DNA of 64,000 bases from Candidatus Omnitrophota bacterium (GTDB taxonomy: Bacteria; Omnitrophota; Gorgyraeia; Zapsychrales; Zapsychraceae): assembly GCA_016212005.1 (NCBI GenBank), contig JACRHP010000053.1, positions 2,402-66,401 of the forward strand. The letters are read 5' to 3'. Position 1 is the first letter of the stretch; every line of letters begins with the position of its first letter. The notes under the pieces were generated by a model. The model ran no database searches and had not been told where the DNA came from. It saw only the letters and a program-made list of their open reading frames with translations. Shown piece by piece: positions 45,974 to 54,623 of the stretch. The position numbers were made by a program, and so were the translations under genes.

Positions 45974-46693
45974 ATGAACGGGTCTTCTTCCCATAGCCGG
46001 TCTTCCATCGGTAAAAAACAGCTCGTCGCCGCCACAGGGTTGTTCCTGATCCTGTTCGTCGTGGCCCACCTCGCGGGGAACTTGTTCATTTACGGCGGCC
46101 CCGAGGCCTTCAACGGTTACGCCAAAAAGCTCGTGGGCCTGCGCCCGGGGCTTTATTTTCTTGAGGCGGCGCTTCTGGTCGTGTTTCTGATCCATCTGGA
46201 CGCTACCGCGCGGCTTGTGCTTGAGAACCTCCGGGCCCGGCCAACCGGATATCGGCAGGGTGCCCCGGCCGGAGACCGGCAGGGGCACAGCGCCGCCGGG
46301 GGCTCGTTCGCCTCGCGGCTGATGCCCTGGACAGGCGCGGTGATCGTTGCCTTTGTCATCTGGCATCTGCTGGATTTTACGTTCGTCGACCGCGACGGCC
46401 CGGCCGGCATCCTGCCCGACGGCCGCAGTTACGGTTTGTTCGGCGTGGTGTACAATTCCCTCGGGAACCCGGTCCATTGCGTTTTATATATCGCCGCGAT
46501 GCTGTGCGTCGGCACGCATTTGAGCCACGGTATCCAGAGCTTTATCCAGACCTTTGGGCTCGTCGGCGAACGCCGCCTGCCGGCCGTGCGCCGGATCAGT
46601 AACGCCCTGGGAATTGCCATCGCGCTGGCGTACAGTTCGATCCCGATTTACGTGCAGTTATCGTTCTGGGTCTTTAGCAGAAGAGGCGTCTAG
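45974..46693 (+). CDS. sdhC: Succinate dehydrogenase/fumarate reductase cytochrome b subunit (single-subunit b558 type)
   Basis: Five hydrophobic helices with conserved His ([28 protein letters not shown]), immediately upstream of sdhA. Confidence 0.75.
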   Translation: MNGSSSHSRSSIGKKQLVAATGLFLILFVVAHLAGNLFIYGGPEAFNGYAKKLVGLRPGLYFLEAALLVVFLIHLDATARLVLENLRARPTGYRQGAPAGDRQGHSAAGGSFASRLMPWTGAVIVAFVIWHLLDFTFVDRDGPAGILPDGRSYGLFGVVYNSLGNPVHCVLYIAAMLCVGTHLSHGIQSFIQTFGLVGERRLPAVRRISNALGIAIALAYSSIPIYVQLSFWVFSRRGV

Positions 46694-46706
46694 CAGAACA
46701 TTAAAA

Positions 46707-48623
46707 ATGGAAACCCTTAACGCGAAAATTCCGGCAGGTCCTCTTAAAGACAAGTGGATCAGTCACAAAGATAAAATCAAGCTGGTCAACCCGGCTAACA
46801 AGCGCAAGTACCGCGTGATCGTCGTCGGCACCGGCCTCGCCGGCGCCTCGGCGGCCGCCTCGCTCGCCGAGCTCGGGTATAACGTCGAGGCCTTCTGTTT
46901 CCAGGACAGCCCGCGCCGGGCCCACAGCATCGCGGCCCAGGGGGGGATCAACGCGGCCAAGAATTATCCCAACGACGGCGACAGTGTTTACCGTCTGTTC
47001 TACGACACGATCAAGGGCGGGGATTTCCGTTCGCGCGAGGCCAACGTCTATCGTCTCGCGGAAGTCAGCAACGGCATCATCGACCAGTGTGTCGCCCAGG
47101 GCGTGCCCTTCGCCCGCGAATATTCCGGGTATCTGGACAACCGTTCCTTCGGCGGGGCGCAGGTCTCGCGCACCTTTTACGCGCGCGGACAGACCGGCCA
47201 GCAGCTTCTCCTGGGCGCGTACAGCGCTTTAATGAAGGAAGCCGGCAAGGGGACGCTCAAGATACATCCGCGCACGGAAATGCTCGACCTCGTCGTTGTT
47301 GACGGCAAGGCGACGGGGATCATCGCACGGTGTCTGTTGACCGGCAAGACCAGCGCGCACGCGGCCGACGCGGTTGTCCTGGCGACCGGCGGTTACGCCA
47401 ACGTCTTTTATCTTTCCACCAACGCCAAGGCGAGCAACGTGACCGCGATCTGGCGCGCGCACAAAAAAGGGGCCTTTTTCGCCAACCCCTGTTACACGCA
47501 GATCCACCCCACCTGCATCCCGGTGCACGGGGATTACCAGTCGAAGCTGACCCTGATGAGCGAGAGCCTGCGTAATGACGGCCGTGTCTGGGTGCCGAAA
47601 AACAAGGGCGACAGCCGTCCGCCTTCCGCGGTCCCGGAGAGTGATCGCGATTATTTTCTGGAACGCAAATACCCGGGTTTCGGCAACCTTGTCCCGCGCG
47701 ATCTGGCCTCGCGCAACGCCAAAGAACAGTGCGACGAAGGCAAGGGGGTTGGCCCGACGGGCCAGGCGGTCTATCTAGACCTGGGCGAATCCATCGGGCG
47801 CCTGGGCCGGGACGTTATCCGCGAGCGCTACGACAATTTGTTTGAAATGTATGAACGCATCACGGGTGTCGACACTTACAAGGAGCCGATGATGATCTAC
47901 CCGGCGCCCCATTACACGATGGGCGGGCTGTGGGTCGATTACAATTTGATGAGCAACCTCCCGGGACTTTTCGTCGTCGGTGAGGCGAATTTTTCCGACC
48001 ACGGCGCCAACCGCCTGGGCGCGAGCGCCCTGATGCAGGGGCTTGCCGACGGGTATTTTATCCTGCCGTACACGATCGGCGATTATCTGGCGATCCAGCC
48101 GCCGGGAAAAGCGGACACGGAGCACCCGGCGTTCGCGCAGGCCCGCGAGGCCGCGGCCCGGCGCACGGGGGACCTTTTGCAGATCAACGGCAAGAGAACG
48201 CCGGATGAATTCCACCGCGAGCTGGGCCGGCTGTTATGGGACAAGTGCGGGATGTCCCGGCGCGAGGACGGATTAAAGGAAGCCCTGAAAAAGATCCCCG
48301 CGGTCCGCGAGGAGTTCTGGAAGGACCTGCGTGTCCCCGGCAGCGGCGAGGAGCTCAACCAGGCCCTTGAGCGCGCGGGGCGCGTGGCGGATTTTCTCGA
48401 GTTCGCCGAGCTGATGGTTCGCGACGCCCTGCACCGGCGAGAATCCTGCGGCGGGCATTTCCGCGAGGAGTCCCGGACCTCCGAGGGCGAGGCCCTGCGC
48501 GACGACGAAAATTTTTCCTACGTCGCGGCCTGGGAGTTCAAGGGCGCGGGCAGGGATCCGGTGTTGCACAAAGAACCGCTCGCGTTTGAAGAAGTCCATT
48601 TGGCAACGAGAAATTACAAATAG
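46707..48623 (+). CDS. sdhA: Succinate dehydrogenase/fumarate reductase flavoprotein subunit
   Basis: [17 protein letters not shown] motif, [14 protein letters not shown] (covalent-FAD His region), HYTMGGL and [11 protein letters not shown]. Confidence 0.9.
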   Translation: METLNAKIPAGPLKDKWISHKDKIKLVNPANKRKYRVIVVGTGLAGASAAASLAELGYNVEAFCFQDSPRRAHSIAAQGGINAAKNYPNDGDSVYRLFYDTIKGGDFRSREANVYRLAEVSNGIIDQCVAQGVPFAREYSGYLDNRSFGGAQVSRTFYARGQTGQQLLLGAYSALMKEAGKGTLKIHPRTEMLDLVVVDGKATGIIARCLLTGKTSAHAADAVVLATGGYANVFYLSTNAKASNVTAIWRAHKKGAFFANPCYTQIHPTCIPVHGDYQSKLTLMSESLRNDGRVWVPKNKGDSRPPSAVPESDRDYFLERKYPGFGNLVPRDLASRNAKEQCDEGKGVGPTGQAVYLDLGESIGRLGRDVIRERYDNLFEMYERITGVDTYKEPMMIYPAPHYTMGGLWVDYNLMSNLPGLFVVGEANFSDHGANRLGASALMQGLADGYFILPYTIGDYLAIQPPGKADTEHPAFAQAREAAARRTGDLLQINGKRTPDEFHRELGRLLWDKCGMSRREDGLKEALKKIPAVREEFWKDLRVPGSGEELNQALERAGRVADFLEFAELMVRDALHRRESCGGHFREESRTSEGEALRDDENFSYVAAWEFKGAGRDPVLHKEPLAFEEVHLATRNYK

Positions 48624-48710
48624 GTCACAACGACACAAAGTCACAAAGTCACAAGGTCACAAGGTCACCAGGAAAAACCGGGTGACGTGGTGACTGGTGA
48701 CATGGTGACC
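48622..48710. repeat. Modular palindrome, GTCAC type, between sdhA and sdhB
   Basis: Left arm has six units: aggtcac-aacgacac-aaagtcac-aaagtcac-aaggtcac-aaggtcacc. Loop is aggaaaaacc. Right arm has four units: gggtgac-gtggtgac-tggtgac-atggtgacc. The sdhB RBS tcaggag follows. Confidence 0.85.
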
Positions 48711-48720
48711 TCAGGAGAAT

Positions 48721-49491
48721 ATGGCTAAAACAATCAACCTCATTCTTAATGTCTGGCGCCAGAAAGGCGCGCAAGATAAAGGCCGCTTCGAGGTTTACAA
48801 GGCCGACGGGATCGACACGGACATGTCGTTTCTCGAGATGCTGGATGTCGTCAACGAGCGTCTTATGAAGGAAGGCAAGGAGCCCATCGCCTTTGACCAT
48901 GATTGCCGGGAAGGGATCTGCGGCGCGTGCGGGGCGGTCGTCAACGGCCGGCCCCACGGGCCGATGGCCAAGACGACGCTCTGCCAGCTGCACATGCGCC
49001 GTTTCAAGGACAACGACACGGTCACCATCGAACCCTGGCGCGCGCGGGGGTTCCCCATCGTCAAAGATCTGGTGGTGGACCGTTCGGCCTTCGACCGGAT
49101 CATGGCTTCGGGCGGGTTTATATCGGTGAAGACCGGGTCGGCGCCGGAGGCCAACGCGGTCCCCGTCCGGCGCCGGGACGCGGAGACGGCGATGGACGCC
49201 GCGGCCTGCATCGGCTGCGGGGCGTGCGTGGCCGCCTGCCCCAACGCATCGGCGATGCTTTTTGTCGGCGCGAAGGTCAGTCACTTCGGCCTCCTGCCCC
49301 AGGGCCGGGTCGAGGCGAAAGAACGCGTGCGCGGGATGGTCGCCCGGATGGACGCCGAGGGCTTCGGCAACTGCTCCAACCATTACGAATGCGAGGCCGC
49401 CTGCCCCAAAGGGATCAGTGTCTCGACTATCGCCCGGATGAACCGGGAATACCTTTCTTCCCAGGAGATGATATGGACAAAAGAATCGTGA
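48721..49491 (+). CDS. sdhB: Succinate dehydrogenase/fumarate reductase iron-sulfur subunit
   Basis: CREGICGAC (2Fe-2S), [12 protein letters not shown] (4Fe-4S) and [12 protein letters not shown] (3Fe-4S) motifs. Confidence 0.9.
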   Translation: MAKTINLILNVWRQKGAQDKGRFEVYKADGIDTDMSFLEMLDVVNERLMKEGKEPIAFDHDCREGICGACGAVVNGRPHGPMAKTTLCQLHMRRFKDNDTVTIEPWRARGFPIVKDLVVDRSAFDRIMASGGFISVKTGSAPEANAVPVRRRDAETAMDAAACIGCGACVAACPNASAMLFVGAKVSHFGLLPQGRVEAKERVRGMVARMDAEGFGNCSNHYECEAACPKGISVSTIARMNREYLSSQEMIWTKES

Positions 49492-49856
49492 AGGCCAAGG
49501 GCGCGCCGGCGCCGGTGGGGCCCTATAACCAGGCCGTTGTCGTGGGCAATCTCGTTTATACGGCGGGGCAGATTCCGCTTGACCCGGCAACGGGACAGAT
49601 GGTGGGGGCGGACGCCGGAGAACAGGCGCAGCAGGTCTTGAAGAACCTGAAGGCGGTCCTGGATGCCGCGGGGTCGTCGTTTTCCAAAGTGGTGAAGACC
49701 ACGGTCTTTCTGAAAGACCTCAACGATTTTAACGCGATGAACGAGGTGTACGCCAGGCATTTTGACAGCGCCGGCGCGCCGGCGCGCTCGACAGTCCAGG
49801 TGGCCCGGTTGCCCAAAGATTCCCTGGTCGAGATCGAAGCCGTGGCGACGTTGTAA
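49473..49856 (+). CDS. ridA: RidA/YjgF family reactive-intermediate deaminase
   Basis: [33 protein letters not shown] and [23 protein letters not shown]. Start at ATG 49473; the longer ORF from 48903 is an out-of-frame overlap of sdhB. Confidence 0.85.
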   Translation: MDKRIVKAKGAPAPVGPYNQAVVVGNLVYTAGQIPLDPATGQMVGADAGEQAQQVLKNLKAVLDAAGSSFSKVVKTTVFLKDLNDFNAMNEVYARHFDSAGAPARSTVQVARLPKDSLVEIEAVATL

Positions 49857-49915
49857 GGCAGGTCCTTAAAAATCAATACGCCAGGCGGGCAATGATGTCC
49901 GCGGGAAGGAGAACC

Positions 49916-50209
49916 ATGGAACCAAAAACGAAAGATTTTCTCAAGAAGGTCAAGGTCAACACGTACATCTACACCCTGACGTTCACGCTGGTGGCGCTGT
50001 TGTATACGATGAAGCACGCCCTGGGCGCCGAGGTCTCGATGCTTTTACTGGCCGCCTTCGCCTTTTACACCCTCGGCCGGCAGATAAGCCTGCTCGCGGA
50101 CCTGGAAGCGGGCAAGTCGGTCGACACCCAGCCCAGGGTCTCCCCGATCATCCGCGGCGTCGTGTATCTGGTTGTGATCCTGATGGTCTTGAGCGTTATT
50201 ATCAGTTAA
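49916..50209 (+). CDS. Hypothetical small membrane protein
   Basis: 97 aa with three hydrophobic segments. AAGGAGAACC RBS before ATG 49916. Confidence 0.45.
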   Translation: MEPKTKDFLKKVKVNTYIYTLTFTLVALLYTMKHALGAEVSMLLLAAFAFYTLGRQISLLADLEAGKSVDTQPRVSPIIRGVVYLVVILMVLSVIIS

Positions 50210-50226
50210 ACACGCTGGTGTATTCT

Positions 50227-50265
50227 GAAACGGCCGATTCCCAAAAGTCGGCCGTTTCTTATATT
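50227..50265 (+). terminator. Putative Rho-independent terminator
   Basis: An 11-bp stem pairs gaaacggccga with tcggccgtttc around the loop ttcccaaaag, followed by ttatatt. It separates the sdh/ridA unit from the 50277 locus. Confidence 0.5.
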
Positions 50266-50276
50266 AGGGAAAGACA

Positions 50277-51593
50277 ATGACGACCATGTCGTATAATTTA
50301 TTGTTCATCTATGTTTTTCCGTTGTTGTTTGTGAGTGTCGTCTACGCGCTGTACCGACGGCAACGTGAACAAAAAAATCTGGCGCTTCAAAAAGATGAAT
50401 TTGACGCCGGATTGATTGAGCCTCCCTCCCTGCATCCCCGGATCGACCCGGCCAAATGCCTCGGCTGCGGGGCCTGTGTTACGGCCTGCCCGGAACAGAC
50501 CGTCCTGGGACTGATCGACGGCAAGGCCCAGTTGATCGCCCCGACCCGCTGCATCGGACACGGCGCGTGCAAGACGGCGTGTCCGTTTGACGCCATCTCG
50601 CTTGTTTTCGGCACGGAAAAAAGAGGGATGGATATCCCTTTTGTCCAGCCGAATTTTGAAACCAACGTCCCCGGCATTTTTATCGCCGGTGAGCTGGGCG
50701 GCATGGGACTTATCCGTAACGCTGTTGAGCAGGGGCGTCAGGCCATGGATGCTATCAGCGGAAAACTGCGGCAGGCGCTCAAAGCGGAAGGGATCTACGA
50801 TGTGGTGATTATCGGCGCCGGCCCGGCCGGGTTTTCCGCTTCGCTGGCGGCGATCGCCCATAAACTGAATTATCTGACGCTGGAACAGGAAAGTTTCGGC
50901 GGGATGGTGGCCCATTATCCACGCGGCAAAGTTGTTATGACCCAGCCTGCGGAGTTACCTCTTATCGGCAAGATGGACTTCAGGGAAATCAGCAAGGAAG
51001 GATTGCTGGAATTCTGGCAAAAGGCCAGGGCGCGCGCGGGCGTGCGGATCAGCTTTAATGAGCAGGTCGAGAGAATTTTCAAGGAAGACGACCATTGGGT
51101 AATCAAAACATTTAAAGGGGAATACAAGGCGCGCGCGGTATTGCTCGCCATCGGCCGCCGGGGAACGCCGCGAAAGCTCGGAGTCCCGGGTGAGGAAAAA
51201 TCAAAGGTCGTTTACCGGCTGATCGATCCGCAGCAGTATCGCTCCATGCAGGTGCTGGTCGTCGGCGGCGGCGACAGCGCCCTGGAGGCGGCCGCCTCGC
51301 TGGTTGATGTCGAGAAAACGACAGTCACGCTTTCTTATCGGGGCGACGCCTTCGGCCGCGCCCGGCAGAAAAACCGCGAAAAAGTGCAGGCCGCCAGCCG
51401 GGACGGACGTTTGAAGAGCATCCTTAGATCCAACGTCAAGGAGATCCGCGACCGGGAAGTTGTTCTCGAGCAGGAAGGCCGGGAACTGATAGTTCCCAAC
51501 GATGCCGTGATCGTCTGCGCCGGCGGTATTTTACCCGCCGTATTCTTAAAGGAAACAGGTGTCGAGGTTGAGACGAAATATGGGACGGCATAA
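50277..51593 (+). CDS. Membrane-anchored 2x[4Fe-4S] ferredoxin-domain / FAD-NAD(P)-binding oxidoreductase (thioredoxin-reductase-like fold)
   Basis: N-terminal TM helix (LLFIYVFPLLFVSVVYALY). CLGCGACVTACP and CIGHGACKTACP ferredoxin motifs. DVVIIGAGPAGFSA and VLVVGGGDSALEAA dinucleotide motifs. Confidence 0.75.
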   Translation: MTTMSYNLLFIYVFPLLFVSVVYALYRRQREQKNLALQKDEFDAGLIEPPSLHPRIDPAKCLGCGACVTACPEQTVLGLIDGKAQLIAPTRCIGHGACKTACPFDAISLVFGTEKRGMDIPFVQPNFETNVPGIFIAGELGGMGLIRNAVEQGRQAMDAISGKLRQALKAEGIYDVVIIGAGPAGFSASLAAIAHKLNYLTLEQESFGGMVAHYPRGKVVMTQPAELPLIGKMDFREISKEGLLEFWQKARARAGVRISFNEQVERIFKEDDHWVIKTFKGEYKARAVLLAIGRRGTPRKLGVPGEEKSKVVYRLIDPQQYRSMQVLVVGGGDSALEAAASLVDVEKTTVTLSYRGDAFGRARQKNREKVQAASRDGRLKSILRSNVKEIRDREVVLEQEGRELIVPNDAVIVCAGGILPAVFLKETGVEVETKYGTA

Positions 51594-53592
51594 AAAATTG
51601 CGACGTAATTTTTTTTTGATTTTGATCATTATGACGACGGCCGTGACGACGGCAATGGCGGGGGAGAATGTTCCGGAAGAAGCAAAACGGGCCGTTCGCA
51701 TGCGTGAATATACGAAAGCTGCCGGGTTGTTCCAGGGGCTGGCAGAACAGGGCGACGCGGACGCGCAGTATCAGCTGGGAATTCTTTATCAGCAAGGCAA
51801 AGGGGTTCCCAAAGACCACGAACAGGCGTTCCAATGGTTTCAAAAGGCGGCGGAAAGCGGACACGTGAAAGCTCAATACAGTTTGGCTACCATGTACGAA
51901 AACGGTTGGGGTGTTACCGCTGACGAACAATACGCTGCCAGCTGGTATCAGAAGGCGGCTGACCAGGGATATCCGCAGGCCATCGCCAGAGTCAAGGAAA
52001 TCCAGGTTAAGGGTTTCGTGAGTGAGCGCAAGGCGAACTTTTCCCGGGAAGAATTATTTTTGCTGGCCGCGGGAGACGGCGATATCCCCGGCCTTGGACG
52101 GTCGATAGATGGCGGGGTTGATATTAATACGCGCGATCGTTTCGGCCGCACGGCGCTGATGGAGGCGGTCCGGAATGGCTATGGGGAAGTTGTTCGTTTT
52201 TTGATCCAAAAAGGCGCTGATCCGGAAATATTTAATAGTGAAGGGGACAACGCGCTTTTGATCGCCGCCGGCAAGGGATCGGATGAGCTGGCGCGCGTGC
52301 TGGTGGACGCCGGCGCCGGGATCGACGCGGCCAACCGCTACGGGTATACGCCGTTGATGCTGGCGGTCCAGCGCGATGATCTCGCGCTGGTCGAATTTTT
52401 CCTCGGGCACGGCTGCGACGTGGCCAGGGAAAATGTCGAGGGACAAAATGCCTTGCATATCGCCCGGGTTAAAGGATATGAGGATATAGTACAGCGGTTA
52501 CTGGCGACGGGGAAGGTCGCGCTGGTCTCCCCAAAGCAGAAGGAAGATTCCCTGGCGGCGGTCGTAGCGAAACTCAAGACCGCCAAGGAGCTCAATGAGA
52601 ATGCGCCCTTTGGAAAATGGCCGCCGTTATCCCTGGCGGCCTGGCGCGGGGAAACGGAACTTGTCCGCCATCTTCTGGCCGGCGGTGTCGACGTCAACGC
52701 GGTATCGACGGATGGTTACACGGCCTTGAGCCTGGCCTCCTGGAAAGGGCATGATGAGGCGGTGGAGATCCTTCTTGACGCCAAGGCTAAAATGTTTCCG
52801 GCCGCCGATGAAAATATCTCCGCGCTTGTCCTGGCGGCCCAAAACGGCCATGATGGAGTGGTGCGTCGTTTGCTGGAGGGATATCCGGCGGTCATCCAGG
52901 ACGCGCCGGGCATTGTCGACAAGGCCATGCACGCGGCCATTGAAGATGGCCACGGGAAAGTAGTGCAGGCGATCCTGCGGCAGGGTGTTCTGTTGAGCAT
53001 CCCCGAATCAAAAAAGGCGCCATATCTTTTGTCCGCGGCGAAAAAAGGCGACGTCGCCATGATCGATATATTTCTTGATTACGGGGTGGATATCAATACA
53101 ATCGATGAGGACGGGAAAACGGCCCTCATACTGGCCGCGGAGGCGGGGCAAGGCGATGTCGTCCAATATTTGCTTGAGAAAAAAGGCGTTGCGCTGGATT
53201 TGCGGGACCATCAGGGGCATACGGCGCTTTTGGCCGCGGCGGCTACCGGCCGGGAGGATATCGTTTCCCTGCTTGTGAAAACGGGCAGTGCTATTGATAT
53301 CCCGGATGCGGGCGGGAATACGCCCTTATTGCTGGCGGCCGGAGCGGGGCATTCCGCCATCGTCGAAGAATTGATCCGAAAAGGCGCCCGCGTTGACGCG
53401 ACCAACGCCGCGGGCAACAGCGCCCTGGTGGCCGCGATCAAACGCGAAGATAAAGTTGTCGCCAAAATATTGCTGGATCACGGCGCCAACCCGTATCTTC
53501 CCTTAAAGAAGCTCGACCATATCAGTGAAGAGATGAAAGAGTTGTTGGGACAATACCGGAGCACAAAAAAATGGCTCAAGGAAATATTCTGA
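51580..53592 (+). CDS. Secreted Sel1-repeat + ankyrin-repeat protein
   Basis: Signal peptide (FFLILIIMTTAVTTAMA). Three Sel1-like repeats (DADAQYQLGILYQQGKGVPKD...). Then roughly a dozen or more ankyrin repeats (G.TALM.A...G....V..L...GAD pattern). Confidence 0.8.
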   Translation: MGRHKKLRRNFFLILIIMTTAVTTAMAGENVPEEAKRAVRMREYTKAAGLFQGLAEQGDADAQYQLGILYQQGKGVPKDHEQAFQWFQKAAESGHVKAQYSLATMYENGWGVTADEQYAASWYQKAADQGYPQAIARVKEIQVKGFVSERKANFSREELFLLAAGDGDIPGLGRSIDGGVDINTRDRFGRTALMEAVRNGYGEVVRFLIQKGADPEIFNSEGDNALLIAAGKGSDELARVLVDAGAGIDAANRYGYTPLMLAVQRDDLALVEFFLGHGCDVARENVEGQNALHIARVKGYEDIVQRLLATGKVALVSPKQKEDSLAAVVAKLKTAKELNENAPFGKWPPLSLAAWRGETELVRHLLAGGVDVNAVSTDGYTALSLASWKGHDEAVEILLDAKAKMFPAADENISALVLAAQNGHDGVVRRLLEGYPAVIQDAPGIVDKAMHAAIEDGHGKVVQAILRQGVLLSIPESKKAPYLLSAAKKGDVAMIDIFLDYGVDINTIDEDGKTALILAAEAGQGDVVQYLLEKKGVALDLRDHQGHTALLAAAATGREDIVSLLVKTGSAIDIPDAGGNTPLLLAAGAGHSAIVEELIRKGARVDATNAAGNSALVAAIKREDKVVAKILLDHGANPYLPLKKLDHISEEMKELLGQYRSTKKWLKEIF

Positions 53593-54485
53593 CACACCCT
53601 TCTTCCCGCGGTGAGGCGTCATCATTTTTTCATGTCTTCTTGAAACACCTCAGCGATTCGGCGTCGTTTTTGTTTTCTCTGGTCATTATTTTTATCCTTT
53701 TCGTCGGATGGCGCTTGCGGTCGTATCATCTGATTACGGCCGAGCACGGCGTTGGCTACGCATTGGGGGTCATTGGCGTTCTCATGATGCTCGCCCTTTT
53801 AATTTATCCTTTGCGCAAAAGATATCCCTCTTTGCGTTTTCTGGGGGGCGTGAAGATGTGGTTCCGCGTCCACATGGTGCTGGGCATCCTCGGGCCGGTA
53901 TGCATTTTATTCCACGCCAATTTCCAATTGGGGTCGCTTAACAGCAACGTGGCCCTGTTCTCGATGCTGATCGTGGCCACCAGCGGCCTCATCGGACGGT
54001 ATATTTATACCAAAATCCATTACGGGTTGTACGGACAGCGCGCGACACTGCTTGAGCTGCAGAAAAATTTTGGTCTTCAAAAAGATGAATTGAGCCCGCA
54101 GTTCGCGCTTGTTCCCGGCGTTCAGGAAATACTTTTCCCCTTCGCCCAGGAACTGTTGACGCCGTCGGGATCCCTTTCCCTCAGCATCCGGCGTGTTTTG
54201 AGCACGGGCTGGCGCGCCAGGCTGTTGCGCTGGAATATCCGCGGCATCGTCCACGCTTATCTGCGGCAACACACCCGGGACCACAAGTGGAGCTGGTCCC
54301 GGCAGCGCGGCATGCAGCGCCAGATGCAGCGTAAAGTCTCCCAATTCCTCACCCAGACCGCGAGGGTCAGCCAGTTCGGTTTCTATGAGCGGCTGTTTTC
54401 GCTTTGGCACGTTCTGCATTTGCCGCTCGCCTGCGTGATGGCGGTCGCGGTCGTGATCCACGTTATCGCGGTCCATCTTTATTAG
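53571..54485 (+). CDS. Hypothetical polytopic membrane protein with conserved intramembrane histidines (possible b-haem carrier)
   Basis: About five predicted TM helices. His pairs lie in helices (FRVHMVLGILGPVCILFHANF; WHVLHLPLACVMAVAVVIHVIAVH). A long basic cytoplasmic loop is present. No family recognised. Confidence 0.5.
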   Translation: MAQGNILTHPSSRGEASSFFHVFLKHLSDSASFLFSLVIIFILFVGWRLRSYHLITAEHGVGYALGVIGVLMMLALLIYPLRKRYPSLRFLGGVKMWFRVHMVLGILGPVCILFHANFQLGSLNSNVALFSMLIVATSGLIGRYIYTKIHYGLYGQRATLLELQKNFGLQKDELSPQFALVPGVQEILFPFAQELLTPSGSLSLSIRRVLSTGWRARLLRWNIRGIVHAYLRQHTRDHKWSWSRQRGMQRQMQRKVSQFLTQTARVSQFGFYERLFSLWHVLHLPLACVMAVAVVIHVIAVHLY

Positions 54486-54539
54486 TCCCGTTACCACGAA
54501 AAAAATATTGCCGGAATGCGAGAAAATTATTGCTTCTGC

Positions 54540-54568
54540 TTGACACAAGAAGAATGAGGCGATAATCT
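54540..54568 (+). promoter_or_regulatory. Putative sigma70-type promoter upstream of the cytochrome genes
   Basis: TTGACA (54540-54545), a 17-nt spacer, then TAATCT (54563-54568), within the 138-nt gap before ATG 54624. Confidence 0.4.
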
Positions 54569-54623
54569 ATTTTCAGAAAACGAGTATTTCCCCCGGGGGC
54601 AGTGCCCTGTTTGGATGTTTTAA

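Noticed and set aside
48622-48710. Possibility that the short-unit repeat clusters are CRISPR arrays
   Set aside because: The units are only 7-8 nt and contiguous, with no unique spacers. Each cluster is followed by its own reverse complement. No cas genes lie in the window.
48649-49590. 313-aa minus-strand ORF, plus the N-terminal 190 codons of the 48903 plus-strand ORF
   Set aside because: Both overlap sdhB, whose three Fe-S cysteine clusters are unambiguous. Only the ridA part (from ATG 49473) of the 48903 ORF is retained.
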